DNA of 64,000 nt from a virus. Its lineage: Duplodnaviria > Heunggongvirae > Uroviricota > Caudoviricetes. Positions within the stretch are counted from its first letter, which is position 1. Each line of letters begins with the position of its first letter. This document shows, piece after piece, positions 23,711 through 34,154 of the stretch. Position numbers and translations under genes: made by a program. Under the pieces are notes generated by a model that saw only the letters and a program-made list of their open reading frames with translations, did no database searches and was not told the DNA's origin. The stretch covers positions 201,867 to 265,866 of IMG/VR virus record IMGVR_UViG_3300029935_000001; one strand, written 5' to 3'.

Positions 23711-25258
23711 TGAGCTGGTATCTTTTTTCACAGTCTTTTTAGAATCACTAGCCTTTACGGTTGACTTAGATGTGCCGACGTCGACTGTATCGGCGCTAAT
23801 TTCAACAGGCGCGGTGGGCTTGTCGTTGTCTACGTCTGGCAGGTCTTTGGTGCCGTTTTTTAATATTTTAAACGTGAAGTTGCCTTTGATGCCGGTGCTG
23901 TAGTAGCTTTTTGACGCAGAAAACAGTACGCCGGTGGTAGCGCTGCCTGGATAGGTGGCTTTGAATTCCTTCAATACCCATTCGTGTTCGCGCTCGATTG
24001 CTGAAGTATGCACTTGAACCAGCGCACCGTGATTGAGAATATCTGCTGCTGCTGCAGAAAATCCAGTACGGGTGTTTATATGCTCGGCGACTCGGTGTGC
24101 AATAGCGGCGAGCATATGATAGTAAGCGCTAGCCGAGTTAGCATCAGCAGTATTGCGGTCTGCGTACAATTTCTTTAAACGAGGCGAAAGGGCATTCGAT
24201 CCGAGCGCAGTGGTGTAGGTTACTAATCCGCGCTGCTCTAGTCCGGCAAGGTCGTCTACTTGGCCAGCCTCGGCGTCAGATATTATACCAAGCTGAACTC
24301 CGAGCACCAGCGGCGCACTCTTGTAACCAGCTGATTTTACCGCTCGGATCATGCTAATAGTTTCTTGATAACGGTTCTTGAGCTTGGTATTGCCTGCCAT
24401 TGAAAGCTCGTCGATAGCGTCAATTAGATTTTTAATCGACGCTTGCGCCCCTAACCCGCCCTTGGAGGAAATGCGGACTAACTCGCCTCCGGGTCCGTTA
24501 AAGACCGAATCCGACAAGCCCTCAGTTTTAGTGCCACCAAAGGAAATTTTGCAACCAGCAAACCCAACATCGCCGAGAAAGATTTCCTCAGCTTCCGCAG
24601 CATTGCCTGTGACTAAGTTGCGTTGCAAAGCGATTGGGTGCATTAGCTCGCAAAAATAGTCTCGGAACGCAGTAAATGACGTGTCCAGAGGTTTAGGTAC
24701 TGAGATAGGCAACGGCATTCCGGCGTTGATGCGGTTGGCTATTGCAGTAAGGGGATGATCAGATCCAAACCGCTCAGACACCTGCTCCACAATGTGGTCC
24801 GCATCAAGGTCGTCAAGTGAAGTTAGGATATCTTGAGGCATCATTCCTGCTTGCGCTTTTGAAGCAGTTTTGCTACTATACTTGTATCCAGGAATTCCAG
24901 AGTTTGGCCAAAAGTTATCGTTGATAAAACGCTTTACTTCTTGGAAGTATCTGCCAAAATAAATAGACTGCCCTGTTTCAGTTTCGAATGTAGCGATTGC
25001 AAATCCGCCCATGCGTGCGTTGGGTTGGTTAGACCAAACCAATCCAGGATGTTGCTCAGTAGCTACCGCACCGGCTGTTGCAAGCGCCTGGGGATCAAGC
25101 TTTCCTCCTTCGGCAGGCACAAACTTGATGGATTTGAAGTAAATTTCGCCACTACCGTCGGCAGCAACAAAAACATCACCGGGTTTACGATGCGCAATAC
25201 CAGTGGATTCGGCTAAAAAAAGTTTGTTTAGGATGTCTCTCATAACTATAGTTATCAA
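23690..25258 (-). CDS. large hypothetical protein (522 aa) with Lys/Ser/Thr-rich C-terminal tail
   Basis: Long uninterrupted minus-strand ORF divergent from clpP; no recognisable motifs; the tail ([19 protein letters not shown]) suggests a nucleic-acid-binding or virion-internal protein. Confidence 0.55.
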   Translation of the reverse strand: MITIVMRDILNKLFLAESTGIAHRKPGDVFVAADGSGEIYFKSIKFVPAEGGKLDPQALATAGAVATEQHPGLVWSNQPNARMGGFAIATFETETGQSIYFGRYFQEVKRFINDNFWPNSGIPGYKYSSKTASKAQAGMMPQDILTSLDDLDADHIVEQVSERFGSDHPLTAIANRINAGMPLPISVPKPLDTSFTAFRDYFCELMHPIALQRNLVTGNAAEAEEIFLGDVGFAGCKISFGGTKTEGLSDSVFNGPGGELVRISSKGGLGAQASIKNLIDAIDELSMAGNTKLKNRYQETISMIRAVKSAGYKSAPLVLGVQLGIISDAEAGQVDDLAGLEQRGLVTYTTALGSNALSPRLKKLYADRNTADANSASAYYHMLAAIAHRVAEHINTRTGFSAAAADILNHGALVQVHTSAIEREHEWVLKEFKATYPGSATTGVLFSASKSYYSTGIKGNFTFKILKNGTKDLPDVDNDKPTAPVEISADTVDVGTSKSTVKASDSKKTVKKDTSSLGRARR

Positions 25259-25263
25259 AAAAA

Positions 25264-25321
25264 GCGACTAACGTATCGCTATCGTGTATTATTTAACTTT
25301 GTTTTTTTACCAGGACCAAAT
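25264..25321 (+). promoter_or_regulatory. extended -10 promoter (TGTATTAT) upstream of clpP
   Basis: tgTATTAT at 25285-25292, 29 nt upstream of the ATG; weak -35. Confidence 0.35.
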
Positions 25322-25918
25322 ATGACCACCCTTATCCCCATCGTTGTTGAACAAACTGCCCGCGGCGAACGCTCCTACGACATCTTTAGTCGTATGCTCA
25401 AGGACCGTATTGTTTTCCTCAACGGCCCTGTTCGCACTGAGATGTCGCATTTGATTGTAGCGCAGCTTCTTCTACTTGAAGCCGAAGATCCTGAGCGAGA
25501 CATTGTTATGTACATTAACTCGCCAGGCGGCGAAGTCACTGCAGGCCTGGCAATCCTTGACACTATGCGTTTCATCAAGCCTGACGTAGTTACGGTAGTA
25601 ATGGGGCAGGCGGCGTCAATGGGCTCACTGCTTGCATCCTCGGGCACTAAAGGAAAGCGCTATCTGCTGCCCAATGCGCGGCACCTCATCCACCAGCCAC
25701 TCGGCGGCGCCTCGGGCCAAGCCTCGGACATCGAGATCCATGCCAAGGAGATTATCCGCCTCAAGCGCGAGCTCACTGAAATTTACGTAGGCAACACAGG
25801 CAAGACATTTGAAACACTCGAGCGCGACATGGATCGTGACAACATTATGACGGCTGCTGAATCCGTGGCATATGGCCTCGCTGACAAAATCATTACTAAC
25901 CGACTTGACGGGCTATGA
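25322..25918 (+). CDS. clpP: ATP-dependent Clp protease proteolytic subunit ClpP
   Basis: 198 aa; [14 protein letters not shown]; active-site Ser in QAASMGS; His in LIHQP; canonical Ser-His-Asp triad spacing. Confidence 0.9.
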   Translation: MTTLIPIVVEQTARGERSYDIFSRMLKDRIVFLNGPVRTEMSHLIVAQLLLLEAEDPERDIVMYINSPGGEVTAGLAILDTMRFIKPDVVTVVMGQAASMGSLLASSGTKGKRYLLPNARHLIHQPLGGASGQASDIEIHAKEIIRLKRELTEIYVGNTGKTFETLERDMDRDNIMTAAESVAYGLADKIITNRLDGL

Positions 25919-25962
25919 GATTAACTGTATACTAATAACAGTTAAACAAATGGAGCTCGATT

Positions 25963-26361
25963 ATGCTCGACAGTCTCTTGTACATTGTTACTGCACTCGT
26001 TGTTGGATTTGTAGCGCAAATCGTGTATTACTTTGTTAAGTTTCTAATCGAGCTCCGGGCTAGCGGCTGGGATGTCGACGAGCTCGAACGCCGGCTTGCT
26101 ATCGAGGAGGCAGCAACCGCTGCCGCAGCAGCACCCACTTCGCTGATAATCGAGCTCGAAGCCGAAGCTCACAATGGGGTAGTTTATTGCTTTTCGCCAA
26201 GCACTCGAGAGTTTATATGCCAAGGTGCCACAATAGATGAACTGGTATCGAACCTCTCGCACCGTTTTGGGCATCGAAACGTTAAAGGCAAAATTGTATC
26301 AACGACGCAAGAAGCACGAAATCTGCTTATCAAAGCGGGTGCTAGCTTGATTAAGGATTAG
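25963..26361 (+). CDS. membrane-anchored hypothetical protein
   Basis: N-terminal TM helix (LLYIVTALVVGFVAQIVYYFV). Confidence 0.45.
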   Translation: MLDSLLYIVTALVVGFVAQIVYYFVKFLIELRASGWDVDELERRLAIEEAATAAAAAPTSLIIELEAEAHNGVVYCFSPSTREFICQGATIDELVSNLSHRFGHRNVKGKIVSTTQEARNLLIKAGASLIKD

Positions 26362-26363
26362 GT

Positions 26364-27215
26364 ATGCCTAAGGTAGCAGTAGTAAGTGATGTTCACCTCG
26401 AGTTTGGGTCTGGAACCATCGAAAACAAAGAAGCTGCAGATATTTTGCTCCTCGCCGGCGATATTTGTGTAGCCGAAGACCTTAAGCGACACCCGGTTGA
26501 CGCTACAGTAGTAGACAAACGAACAAGCCCGCGCCTAGTTAGTGCAATGGCTTATCGCGAGTTTTTCCGCGAGTGTGCTAAACAGTTTGAGCATGTAGTT
26601 TATGTGCTAGGCAACCACGAGCACTATGACGGCAACTACGACGAGTCTTATTCAGTAATTAAGGCAGCACTGGCTGAGATTAGCCCCCGGTTTCACGTGC
26701 TCGAGCAAGAAGCAGTCACGCTTGATGGTGTAGTATTTGTTGGGAGTACCTTATGGACTGATATGTTCAAAGGCGATTCGTTAGCGGTGTATCACGCCCG
26801 CGAGAGAATGAGTGATTACAACTGTGTTCGGGTGGCAAAGAAAAGCTATCGCAAGTTGCAACCTGCTGACACCATGCATGACCACTGGCGCAGTGTTCAG
26901 TTCATCAAGACCGTAGCCGAAAACAATCGAGCTAGTGACACACCTAAGTCGATTGTGGTCGTATCGCACCACGCGCCTGCGTCACTGTCGCTGAATCCTG
27001 CTTATCGCGGTGACTTGCTCAATGCGGCGTATTACTCGGACTTGTCGGATCTGATCCTAGACAACCCAGAGATTCGCCTTTGGATTCATGGTCACCTGCA
27101 CAACGAATCTGATTACATGGTAGGAGATCAGACTCGGGTGGTCTGTAACCCACGTGGATACTACGGCGAGCAGCATGCTGATCGCGAGATTCGCTTAGTT
27201 TATGTTGACATTTAA
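26364..27215 (+). CDS. calcineurin-like metallophosphoesterase
   Basis: All conserved motifs present: DVHLE, GDIC, GNHEHYDG, HHAP, GHLHN. Confidence 0.8.
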   Translation: MPKVAVVSDVHLEFGSGTIENKEAADILLLAGDICVAEDLKRHPVDATVVDKRTSPRLVSAMAYREFFRECAKQFEHVVYVLGNHEHYDGNYDESYSVIKAALAEISPRFHVLEQEAVTLDGVVFVGSTLWTDMFKGDSLAVYHARERMSDYNCVRVAKKSYRKLQPADTMHDHWRSVQFIKTVAENNRASDTPKSIVVVSHHAPASLSLNPAYRGDLLNAAYYSDLSDLILDNPEIRLWIHGHLHNESDYMVGDQTRVVCNPRGYYGEQHADREIRLVYVDI

Positions 27216-27262
27216 CTCGGTGCCTGTTATAATCTAATCATCAACTACAAGCAGCGACGAAC
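27205..27262 (+). promoter_or_regulatory. sigma70 promoter TTGACA-17-TATAAT
   Basis: -35 at 27205-27210 overlaps the end of the phosphoesterase gene; -10 at 27228-27233. Confidence 0.55.
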
Positions 27263-27490
27263 ATGAAGCGTAAAGTTTATAGCAAAAGTGACAAGTTTGC
27301 GCTTGTGCGCGAACTCGGCCCCAAGGGCAAATACCGATACGCAGTAAAGTCATTGCGCTGGCTGCCATCAGACGAAGTAACGCGTATGTTTCAAGTCTTG
27401 CCCAAGGATCAATGGCAGGGTAGTGTGGCTTATTTTAATAAGCATGCAGATGCTAAGCGTTTGTTTCTTGCTCTTGTGTTAATTGTATGA
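27263..27490 (+). CDS. hypothetical protein
   Basis: Promoter-driven ORF. Confidence 0.45.
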   Translation: MKRKVYSKSDKFALVRELGPKGKYRYAVKSLRWLPSDEVTRMFQVLPKDQWQGSVAYFNKHADAKRLFLALVLIV

Positions 27491-27690
27491 AATGGACCCC
27501 TAACAAAAGCTCGCGGCCAGGGTGGACAATGTTAAAAGCGCCGTACACACATGAAGCCCGCCAGTGGTGCCGCGCGAACTATCCAGACTCTGGATGGTGG
27601 TATTGTTGGATGACCGGCAATTTTTACTTCAAACACGAAGAAATTGCATGCGAGTTTGTGCTAAAGTACGGAGCACAATGTAATGTTTAA
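27487..27690 (+). CDS. hypothetical protein (Trp/Cys-rich)
   Basis: ATGA overlap with the previous gene. Confidence 0.4.
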   Translation: MKWTPNKSSRPGWTMLKAPYTHEARQWCRANYPDSGWWYCWMTGNFYFKHEEIACEFVLKYGAQCNV

Positions 27691-27710
27691 CTAGTTAAAA
27701 GGTGTGTAGT

Positions 27711-27881
27711 GTGAAAATATATGTTTGTTACGAGTGTGAATTTGCATATGGTAGCCAGCGGCAAGTAATTTCAACAGTAGTAAAAATCGCACGCAACGAA
27801 GATGCAGCGCTTATATGGTGCAGCGAGCTCGGCGAAAGCAAACTTAAGTGGCGTGAATATGAGGAGCGAGAAGTAGAATGA
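27711..27881 (+). CDS. small Cys-containing protein (GTG start; CYECE motif)
   Basis: SD AAAAGGTG upstream; stop overlaps the next ATG (aATGA). Confidence 0.3.
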   Translation: MKIYVCYECEFAYGSQRQVISTVVKIARNEDAALIWCSELGESKLKWREYEEREVE

Positions 27882-28180
27882 ACCCATCCTTAGCTGAACA
27901 AATGAATCGTAAGATCTCAAACATCATCAAAGAGCTTAATTCAGTACGTTACGAGACTAGTCAAGACAACGATCACTCGTGGCGGTCGATGTGCGCTCAG
28001 ATTCTCATAATGGTACAAACTGAATCCAAGCGAGCTCGAGACTTGGTCGAAGACATGAAGCACGAAGGCTTCACTGTTGGCCTTATCGAGGCCGAAGGCT
28101 TCTTGCGTGCTGTGCGCACCATCGAAGAAGAAGTTAAGGGCATTCTCGAGGACAAGCTCGACGAAGTTCAACTTGACTAA
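27878..28180 (+). CDS. hypothetical helical protein
   Basis: Translationally coupled ORF. Confidence 0.45.
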   Translation: MNPSLAEQMNRKISNIIKELNSVRYETSQDNDHSWRSMCAQILIMVQTESKRARDLVEDMKHEGFTVGLIEAEGFLRAVRTIEEEVKGILEDKLDEVQLD

Positions 28181-28188
28181 CTGCTAAC

Positions 28189-28503
28189 ATGAACCACTTC
28201 TACCTTCTGTTAGTTCCAAACTCTGAAATATGGCAACTAATTGACGTAACAGCCGTTGAAAAACAAGCAGTTTGGGATCAGTTATCCAGCACACTAAGTA
28301 ACCCACTAGCGATGTGTGCAGCTTCAATTACACGATTCTATCTCAAACACAAAAACATAAAGGTATTATCGTTTGAATCTGAGCTAACACTAGCTGAGCT
28401 CCGTAGTCTACTAACGGCGGAGCAAACGCGCATGATTGCTCTTATTAGCGAAAACAGTAACTTGGTTTTTCTGCCCACTGGATTTAGTCATGACATCACC
28501 TAA
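28189..28503 (+). CDS. hypothetical protein
   Basis: ORF in the same gene train. Confidence 0.4.
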   Translation: MNHFYLLLVPNSEIWQLIDVTAVEKQAVWDQLSSTLSNPLAMCAASITRFYLKHKNIKVLSFESELTLAELRSLLTAEQTRMIALISENSNLVFLPTGFSHDIT

Positions 28504-28960
28504 CGCATCAACTCTGTATCGCAAAGAAGGTCGAAAGTATGTTCCAGTTCAGCTTGTAGAAGACGTGTATCACCGATTCCCGCACGGGGCGCATTTGGTA
28601 GTCGCCGATTTGCCCCATTGTACAATCTTCCGCTATAATGTAGAAAACTTGGATGTAGCTGTGCTAGCTGCCTTAGTTCGTTGCGAGAATCGGCTTGTTG
28701 AAGAGATTTGCGTCGAATCCGCATTGCGCCCTTCACGCCCTCCAATTACACCGGAGCAACACCGGGCTTGGAAAAACTTCATTGCTGTAATGGGCGACAG
28801 CGGGCGCACAGTAACCCACAATTCTGCCCAGCAAATAGCAGCTTCTGCGTTACAAAAGCTCAGCAAAGACATTGAGCAGACTTTGGCTGATCCACGCGTT
28901 CGGGAAGCATACGAAAAATTTAAACTTGTAGTAACAATGCTCGACAACGAGGAAAAATAA
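28490..28960 (+). CDS. hypothetical protein
   Basis: Internal ATG of track ORF 28436..28960 chosen to minimise overlap. Confidence 0.4.
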   Translation: MTSPNASTLYRKEGRKYVPVQLVEDVYHRFPHGAHLVVADLPHCTIFRYNVENLDVAVLAALVRCENRLVEEICVESALRPSRPPITPEQHRAWKNFIAVMGDSGRTVTHNSAQQIAASALQKLSKDIEQTLADPRVREAYEKFKLVVTMLDNEEK

Positions 28961-29601
28961 TGCTCTTTGATCTTGACGAACTTTCGTGGACTCGTCCGGT
29001 CCCAGTCAGGCCATCAATTAAAGTGATCCCAGGGCAATATCCGTTGGTGCCCGAAGCTGACCAAGGTGCAGTGACGCTAATTGGACCAAATCTCGAGCAC
29101 GGGCCTTGGATTGCCGGCGGAGCCCCCTTACATTGGTATCGCGGGGAGTCGATTGGTCTACATCACGACATTGACGTGTGGTTTAAAGACTTGGAACAGT
29201 TTTCGGCGGCAGTGTTACGCCTCCGCGATTATGGGGACGTGGTGTGTGAATCACCTAATGCACAGACTTTCCGATATTATCACCCTGACAGTGGCACCTG
29301 CACAATCCAGTTAATCAAGGTAAACTTTTTTGCTAGCGCACAAGAAGTTATTGATCACTTTGACTTCAGTGTGTGCCAGCTAGTTACCGATGGCAAAGTT
29401 ATGCTCTATGGCAAACACACGCGCGAGGACATCGAATCCAAGCGCCTTCGAGTAGTAAAGGTTCGAGCTGATTGCGCTAAACGCATTGTGAAATACCTGT
29501 CGTATGGTTACAAAATGGCGCTTACTGACATTAAAGAGCACTTTGCTCTAACTGAAAATTGGGAGTTCACCCACGAGGATTACGAGGCAACAAAGCTATG
29601 A
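28960..29601 (+). CDS. possible minimal nucleotidyltransferase-fold protein
   Basis: RGESIGLHHDIDVWF resembles a G[GS]...DxD pol-beta NTase motif, with a later DHFDFS acidic patch; weak. Confidence 0.3.
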   Translation: MLFDLDELSWTRPVPVRPSIKVIPGQYPLVPEADQGAVTLIGPNLEHGPWIAGGAPLHWYRGESIGLHHDIDVWFKDLEQFSAAVLRLRDYGDVVCESPNAQTFRYYHPDSGTCTIQLIKVNFFASAQEVIDHFDFSVCQLVTDGKVMLYGKHTREDIESKRLRVVKVRADCAKRIVKYLSYGYKMALTDIKEHFALTENWEFTHEDYEATKL

Positions 29602-30002
29602 CTGTGCAATACAACGAATCGCTCAAACTGTTCACGAAGTTTGCACCTCTCCCGGCAGTAGATCCCACCACTCGAGTTGAAGACCGGCTGGTGTATTGGG
29701 CCGGTCATGCAATGCCAGTGCCACTTGCTCTTGCTATTGCCATCGCTGCAGGTGGCGCCTTTCCTACGCCAGCAATGAAAAAAGAGCTGACACAGCGGTT
29801 TATTGAGGCGTATGAATCTGGTATGTTTAAAGGCGCAGATGGAGTGCACGACCCTGACGCAGCCTACTTGTATGAACGTGCGCTTGTTGGGCGTTGTGTG
29901 TATGGCTTTTATCAAAACTACGTCTTCACTCGTTTTTACGGAACCCAGCCACGTCCGTCTGATGCAGAAGCACTCGTGGACATTATTTTGAGTACTGAAT
30001 AA
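29598..30002 (+). CDS. hypothetical protein
   Basis: ATGA overlap with the previous gene. Confidence 0.4.
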   Translation: MTVQYNESLKLFTKFAPLPAVDPTTRVEDRLVYWAGHAMPVPLALAIAIAAGGAFPTPAMKKELTQRFIEAYESGMFKGADGVHDPDAAYLYERALVGRCVYGFYQNYVFTRFYGTQPRPSDAEALVDIILSTE

Positions 30003-30401
30003 ATGTTGCAACATATCTGGTTGCTACTAACGTTTCGACACCGCGGACAAGGGCTTTCCCGTACTCCGTTGGCGTTTGCTGCTGTAATAGTAGGTATTGC
30101 TGTAGCGTTGGATGCGTTCCGGTTTGGGGTAGCAAGCGCGGAACCAATGGTCACTGCAGCAGCATGGACCGCGTGGGCGATCGCCCAAGCACTTGGTGCA
30201 ACCTTGCTCTGGGCTATTTCTCGAGGAACGGAACATCGGCCCATGTTCGCAGGATGGTATATGATTGCTATAGCGTTTGACGTTGTTGCAATCACGTTGT
30301 TTGCAGCTGGAGTGCCTTACCCGGGGTTACTTGTGCTGTATGAAGTAGCTGCTGCAATAACCTTTGCAACCCGCCTGCGGGTCTCGGTTGACCAAACATA
30401 A
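30003..30401 (+). CDS. integral membrane protein (4 TM)
   Basis: Hydrophobic throughout (AAVIVGIAVALDAF..., WAIAQALGATLLWAI..., MIAIAFDVVAITLFAAGV...). Confidence 0.5.
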   Translation: MLQHIWLLLTFRHRGQGLSRTPLAFAAVIVGIAVALDAFRFGVASAEPMVTAAAWTAWAIAQALGATLLWAISRGTEHRPMFAGWYMIAIAFDVVAITLFAAGVPYPGLLVLYEVAAAITFATRLRVSVDQT

Positions 30402-30450
30402 CTATTCTGTTACAATGTTGTTTACTAATTAATAGTTTTGAGAGCTAACT
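30388..30450 (+). promoter_or_regulatory. sigma70 promoter TTGACC-17-TACAAT
   Basis: The -35 overlaps the stop of the upstream gene. Confidence 0.45.
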
Positions 30451-31242
30451 ATGGCAATCATTCAAGCGTGGAAGTGCCTAAAAACCGGCAAGTTGTTTGA
30501 ATCTGAGCGAGCTTACAAAAAACATCGCCGGCAACTGGCGGTCTTGGCTCGGAATTTGCTTATGAACAAGCGCAGCCTGCGAAACTACGCACATGACCTA
30601 CAAGAGCTGGTTGAGGTTGAGCGCAGCCTGCCAATGCTCATGGACGCGCTCATTGCCAAGCAAGGTAAGTTCTGGGCCCGCGCAAAACAGCTCAACAGCT
30701 GGATCCATGGTCGAAAAGATTTTGAAGAGTGGCCCGAGTTGGTTAAGGTCAATTTTCGCAATATTACCTATCGCGATCGAGTGTCTAACTCACACAGCCG
30801 CCCAGTCGGCGGAGTAACCAATTGGGGCGGCGACCCCAATAAACCGCGTGGATATCCCGGGTGGACCGGCAATATCGACTTCAAGTACCGGTATCTCAAA
30901 AAAGCGAGCGGCTACTACCCGGGCGGTGCTCTGTTTGCTGCGATCAATGTCCATACCGGAACCGGTGGCGGCGGCGGCCACATAGACGACCCAACTAGCA
31001 AAGATCACATCATCCAGTCGTATAGCTACGGCGTCGAGATCTTTGCTCACGATCACCCAGGGCTGTGGAAGCATCATGCTCGTCAGGTAGAGCAAAAGCG
31101 GCGCGCAGCGGCGTGGAAGGCTGTTGGCGGCAGGGAGTTCGTGCTCCCTGCCCTCGAAGATGACTGGGAGCCGCCTGCCTTGCCGAGTCTCGAAGAATAC
31201 CTCGTTAACCCTTCTCTTAACATCGGATATGAGCATGCGTAA
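30451..31242 (+). CDS. hypothetical protein (263 aa, Gly-rich loop HTGTGGGGGH)
   Basis: SD GAGAGCTAACT ahead of the ATG. Confidence 0.5.
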   Translation: MAIIQAWKCLKTGKLFESERAYKKHRRQLAVLARNLLMNKRSLRNYAHDLQELVEVERSLPMLMDALIAKQGKFWARAKQLNSWIHGRKDFEEWPELVKVNFRNITYRDRVSNSHSRPVGGVTNWGGDPNKPRGYPGWTGNIDFKYRYLKKASGYYPGGALFAAINVHTGTGGGGGHIDDPTSKDHIIQSYSYGVEIFAHDHPGLWKHHARQVEQKRRAAAWKAVGGREFVLPALEDDWEPPALPSLEEYLVNPSLNIGYEHA

Positions 31243-31456
31243 ACCACAAGCGGCTGTTTTGCCAGCCCCAAAATCGGTGACTGAAAAGCGTATTGAGCTA
31301 TTTGTGCAGCTCAAGGCGCTTGGCTTGCCAACCTCAAAAGCCAAAACCGAGGCATGGACAAAAGCGTGGCAACTATTTTACTCAGGAGAGCTAGATGATA
31401 AACCCGCGGCCGTATTTTACTCAGGCAGTCCCGAAGCCACCAGTCCAACTTGTTGA
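31235..31456 (+). CDS. hypothetical protein
   Basis: Overlapping start (ATGcgTAA). Confidence 0.4.
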   Translation: MRKPQAAVLPAPKSVTEKRIELFVQLKALGLPTSKAKTEAWTKAWQLFYSGELDDKPAAVFYSGSPEATSPTC

Positions 31457-31491
31457 GGAACGATGTTGGCTAGTAACCCCACCAAAAAAGC

Positions 31492-31552
31492 TTGACCCTG
31501 TTGGCCTAAACCAGTATAATACAACTTCCAAAACTAAGCAAGGAGAACTCAA
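31492..31552 (+). promoter_or_regulatory. sigma70 promoter aaaaaagcTTGACC-17-TATAAT with SD AAGGAGAA
   Basis: -10 at 31515-31520. Confidence 0.6.
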
Positions 31553-32467
31553 ATGAATTTCAAATCTGTACCTGCCGTAATCTTCGACTTTCCGCCCCTT
31601 GCGGCAATTCTCGTAACTCTCTCTACACTGTTTCTTGCTGCGTGCGGCGACCGAGTTGAAGTGCCCCCAGCACATGTAGCCAAGATCATGACCAAGGATG
31701 GCTACAAGGCCGACACCATCGGCACGTCAAAATTTCGTCTTGAATGGTGCTGGGCATACTGCGACAAGCTGGTTCTGCTTGACGCGTCTGACCAAGCAGT
31801 GTCTGAAAAGATGGAACTTTTCATGCCGCAAGACAAGTTGAACATGGCGTTTGACTTGCGTCTAACGCTAGTGGTCAATCCCGACAAGTACGAAGAACTT
31901 TTTGCGCGGGTGCCGCCAGTTGAACAAAACGGCATCGAGTACATTGCCTGGGCAAAAGCATATCAAACGTATGCGCAGCAAATCGTTCGAGCCGAGGCAC
32001 GTGAATTCCTGAGCGGTTTTACGATTGCTGAAATCGCCAGCTCGCGCGAAGCGATTAACGCACAGCTTAGCACACGACTGACTGAGAGCATCAACAAGCG
32101 CACCCCGTTCCAAGTACGGTACGTTGGGCTAGCTGACATTCAGTACCCAGCAATTATTGTCGAAGCGCAAGAAAATGCAGCGCAGCGACGTGAGCAGATC
32201 CAACAAGAAGAAGCGCAGCTCGAAATTAGCAAAGTGGCACTTGAGCGACAACTGCAAGAGCAACAACTTCAGCGCCGAATTGACGTTGAACGCGCTCAAG
32301 CAGAAGCAGAAGTTGCGCGCATTCAATCGCAATCGCTTACTCCGCAATACATGAAGTATCGCGAACTTCAGATCCTAGAGAAGCTCGCAACAAGCGACAA
32401 CAAGGTGTTTGTGCCTAGCACGATGCTAGATTCGATCGCCGGTCAAGTGCAACTTGGTCGTCAGTAA
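31553..32467 (+). CDS. SPFH/band-7 (stomatin/prohibitin/HflKC-like) lipoprotein
   Basis: Lipobox LAAC after the signal peptide; central SPFH-like region; long C-terminal coiled-coil Q/E/A/R heptads (EQIQQEEAQLEISKVALERQLQEQQLQRR...). Confidence 0.5.
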   Translation: MNFKSVPAVIFDFPPLAAILVTLSTLFLAACGDRVEVPPAHVAKIMTKDGYKADTIGTSKFRLEWCWAYCDKLVLLDASDQAVSEKMELFMPQDKLNMAFDLRLTLVVNPDKYEELFARVPPVEQNGIEYIAWAKAYQTYAQQIVRAEAREFLSGFTIAEIASSREAINAQLSTRLTESINKRTPFQVRYVGLADIQYPAIIVEAQENAAQRREQIQQEEAQLEISKVALERQLQEQQLQRRIDVERAQAEAEVARIQSQSLTPQYMKYRELQILEKLATSDNKVFVPSTMLDSIAGQVQLGRQ

Positions 32468-32477
32468 ATAACGCAAC

Positions 32478-32498
32478 CGAGGGGCCTGAGGCCCCTCG
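32478..32498 (+). terminator. GC-rich stem-loop cgaggggcc-tga-ggcccctcg
   Basis: Perfect 9-bp stem; no U-tract. Confidence 0.35.
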
Positions 32499-32513
32499 CA
32501 ATGGGAGAATAGG

Positions 32514-32885
32514 ATGCTTGATTATCTGTATAACGTAGCGCAAAGCTTTATGCCATATTTAGTAGGCGGAGTGTTTGTGCTTGCTATGTTTGTAGCGATT
32601 CTATCGATTGTTAATGTTTCAACCGAGCAACGTGCTCGAGTGCGAAGATACGTATTTAAAACTGTGCTCGCGATTTGGGTGCTCGGTTTGCTCCTTGCGC
32701 TGGTAGCGCCAGCAAACACATTTAAGCGCGAACCGCACAACAAGGCTGCGACAAACGCTCAGATTGAGCAGCATCAAAAGTCCTTGACAAGCAATCAACT
32801 AATTGTCGATCGCTCGAGAAAGCCGGCGATGACAGACGAAGAACGCGCAGCCCATGTTCGAAATTTAGTGGATTACCGAAAATGA
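32514..32885 (+). CDS. membrane protein (2 TM)
   Basis: SD GGGAGAATAGG; TM helices in the N-terminal half. Confidence 0.5.
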   Translation: MLDYLYNVAQSFMPYLVGGVFVLAMFVAILSIVNVSTEQRARVRRYVFKTVLAIWVLGLLLALVAPANTFKREPHNKAATNAQIEQHQKSLTSNQLIVDRSRKPAMTDEERAAHVRNLVDYRK

Positions 32886-33100
32886 AAGTAGTAATGGACA
32901 CTGACGAAGTTGGTCGAGCTGACGGTCTGCCAGTTTCGCTCGAGATTGGGTACAATATGATCAATGACGGCGAAGATAACTCTATTCGGCCTTTGCTGTG
33001 GTTCGAAACTCCGATGGAAACCGTAACGGTAGAGTTGTCCCCAGCGAAAGCTCGGCGATTGATTCGGGCTCTTGAAATGCTCGTTGACACCTTGGAGTAA
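32882..33100 (+). CDS. hypothetical protein
   Basis: ATGA coupling. Confidence 0.4.
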   Translation: MKVVMDTDEVGRADGLPVSLEIGYNMINDGEDNSIRPLLWFETPMETVTVELSPAKARRLIRALEMLVDTLE

Positions 33101-33102
33101 GC

Positions 33103-33348
33103 ATGCGAGCACGCAAACTGATACGAAGCGGAAAGTGGATCAGCTATACGGTCCCTTGTCACGCACCGATTCGGCGGTTTTCTGAGCTCGCAAATAGGTT
33201 TACCCTGATGGCCAGCATGCGATCGTGGTGCTCAGAAAACCTCCAAGAACCGTTTGTTGTTAAGTGGCACTCAGGTAATGACATTGTGTGCTTGGTTACA
33301 AACTCGCTTGATTTGATGCGTGTGATGGCAGAGTTCCCTAATGAATGA
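33103..33348 (+). CDS. hypothetical protein
   Basis: Coupled ORF. Confidence 0.4.
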   Translation: MRARKLIRSGKWISYTVPCHAPIRRFSELANRFTLMASMRSWCSENLQEPFVVKWHSGNDIVCLVTNSLDLMRVMAEFPNE

Positions 33349-33574
33349 ATACGATCGCGAAGATTTTACTTACCTGCTCGAGCTCACGGTCGAAGGCATG
33401 ACCGATCGGGGCTACGAGTGGGTAAACGATCAAATGGCGGTAAACCCGGAGCGAATGTGCTGGTTAATAGCCCTTGCTGCCGAAATGGTGGATTTGGCTG
33501 CTATTGACAAAAAAACAGCCAACACTCTGGATTTTCCTGAAATTATCAAAATACTCAAAGAGATTTTAAAGTGA
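33341..33574 (+). CDS. hypothetical protein
   Basis: Overlapping start. Confidence 0.4.
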   Translation: MNEYDREDFTYLLELTVEGMTDRGYEWVNDQMAVNPERMCWLIALAAEMVDLAAIDKKTANTLDFPEIIKILKEILK

Positions 33575-33849
33575 CACTACTTTACGTGGCTGAATCAACC
33601 GCCTGGCCAGCCTCCTTGGTGCCACTAATGTACGAACCAGCGCAACGCAAGCTTGTCGCTGTTGGGAGTAACATGGTATATACAGAAGTGAGTTTTGCAC
33701 ATCCCCCTGAGCTCCTCGCTGTAGTAACCTGGGCAAAACAAAAAATGCTCGAAGAAAGCGAGATCAATCACCTCGTACAATCTAACCCTGCGATTCGTGA
33801 CGCAAAAACTGCCCTTGATGTATTATTGGCGCTGAACAAATCCAGTTGA
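33571..33849 (+). CDS. hypothetical protein
   Basis: GTGA overlap. Confidence 0.4.
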   Translation: MTLLYVAESTAWPASLVPLMYEPAQRKLVAVGSNMVYTEVSFAHPPELLAVVTWAKQKMLEESEINHLVQSNPAIRDAKTALDVLLALNKSS

Positions 33850-33896
33850 CATCTGGACATAGTGTGCTATAATAGCTTATACCAAGGAGAAGCAGC
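33846..33896 (+). promoter_or_regulatory. sigma70 promoter TTGACA-16-TATAAT, leader with SD AAGGAGAA
   Basis: -10 at 33868-33873. Confidence 0.55.
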
Positions 33897-34151
33897 ATGG
33901 ATAACTCTGTTGTTGAAGTAGCCGAAGATCTCGAAGAATTTGTCAAGACAATCGCAGCAACCGAACCAATGCAGAAGGTCTACTATAATCCTGGTGTGGT
34001 CAAGTATGAGTTTCAGTTTCGCTCGTCGCAAATAAATAACGGTAAGGTGGTTGTTGCGTCAAAGAAAGACATTGTGTTGGTGCTCGATAACGAGATTTAT
34101 CATAGCACTGATTTTTTCGACGCCCGCCGGAATCTTATAATGATGACTTGA
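33897..34151 (+). CDS. hypothetical protein
   Basis: Promoter-driven ORF. Confidence 0.45.
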   Translation: MDNSVVEVAEDLEEFVKTIAATEPMQKVYYNPGVVKYEFQFRSSQINNGKVVVASKKDIVLVLDNEIYHSTDFFDARRNLIMMT

Positions 34152-34154
34152 CAC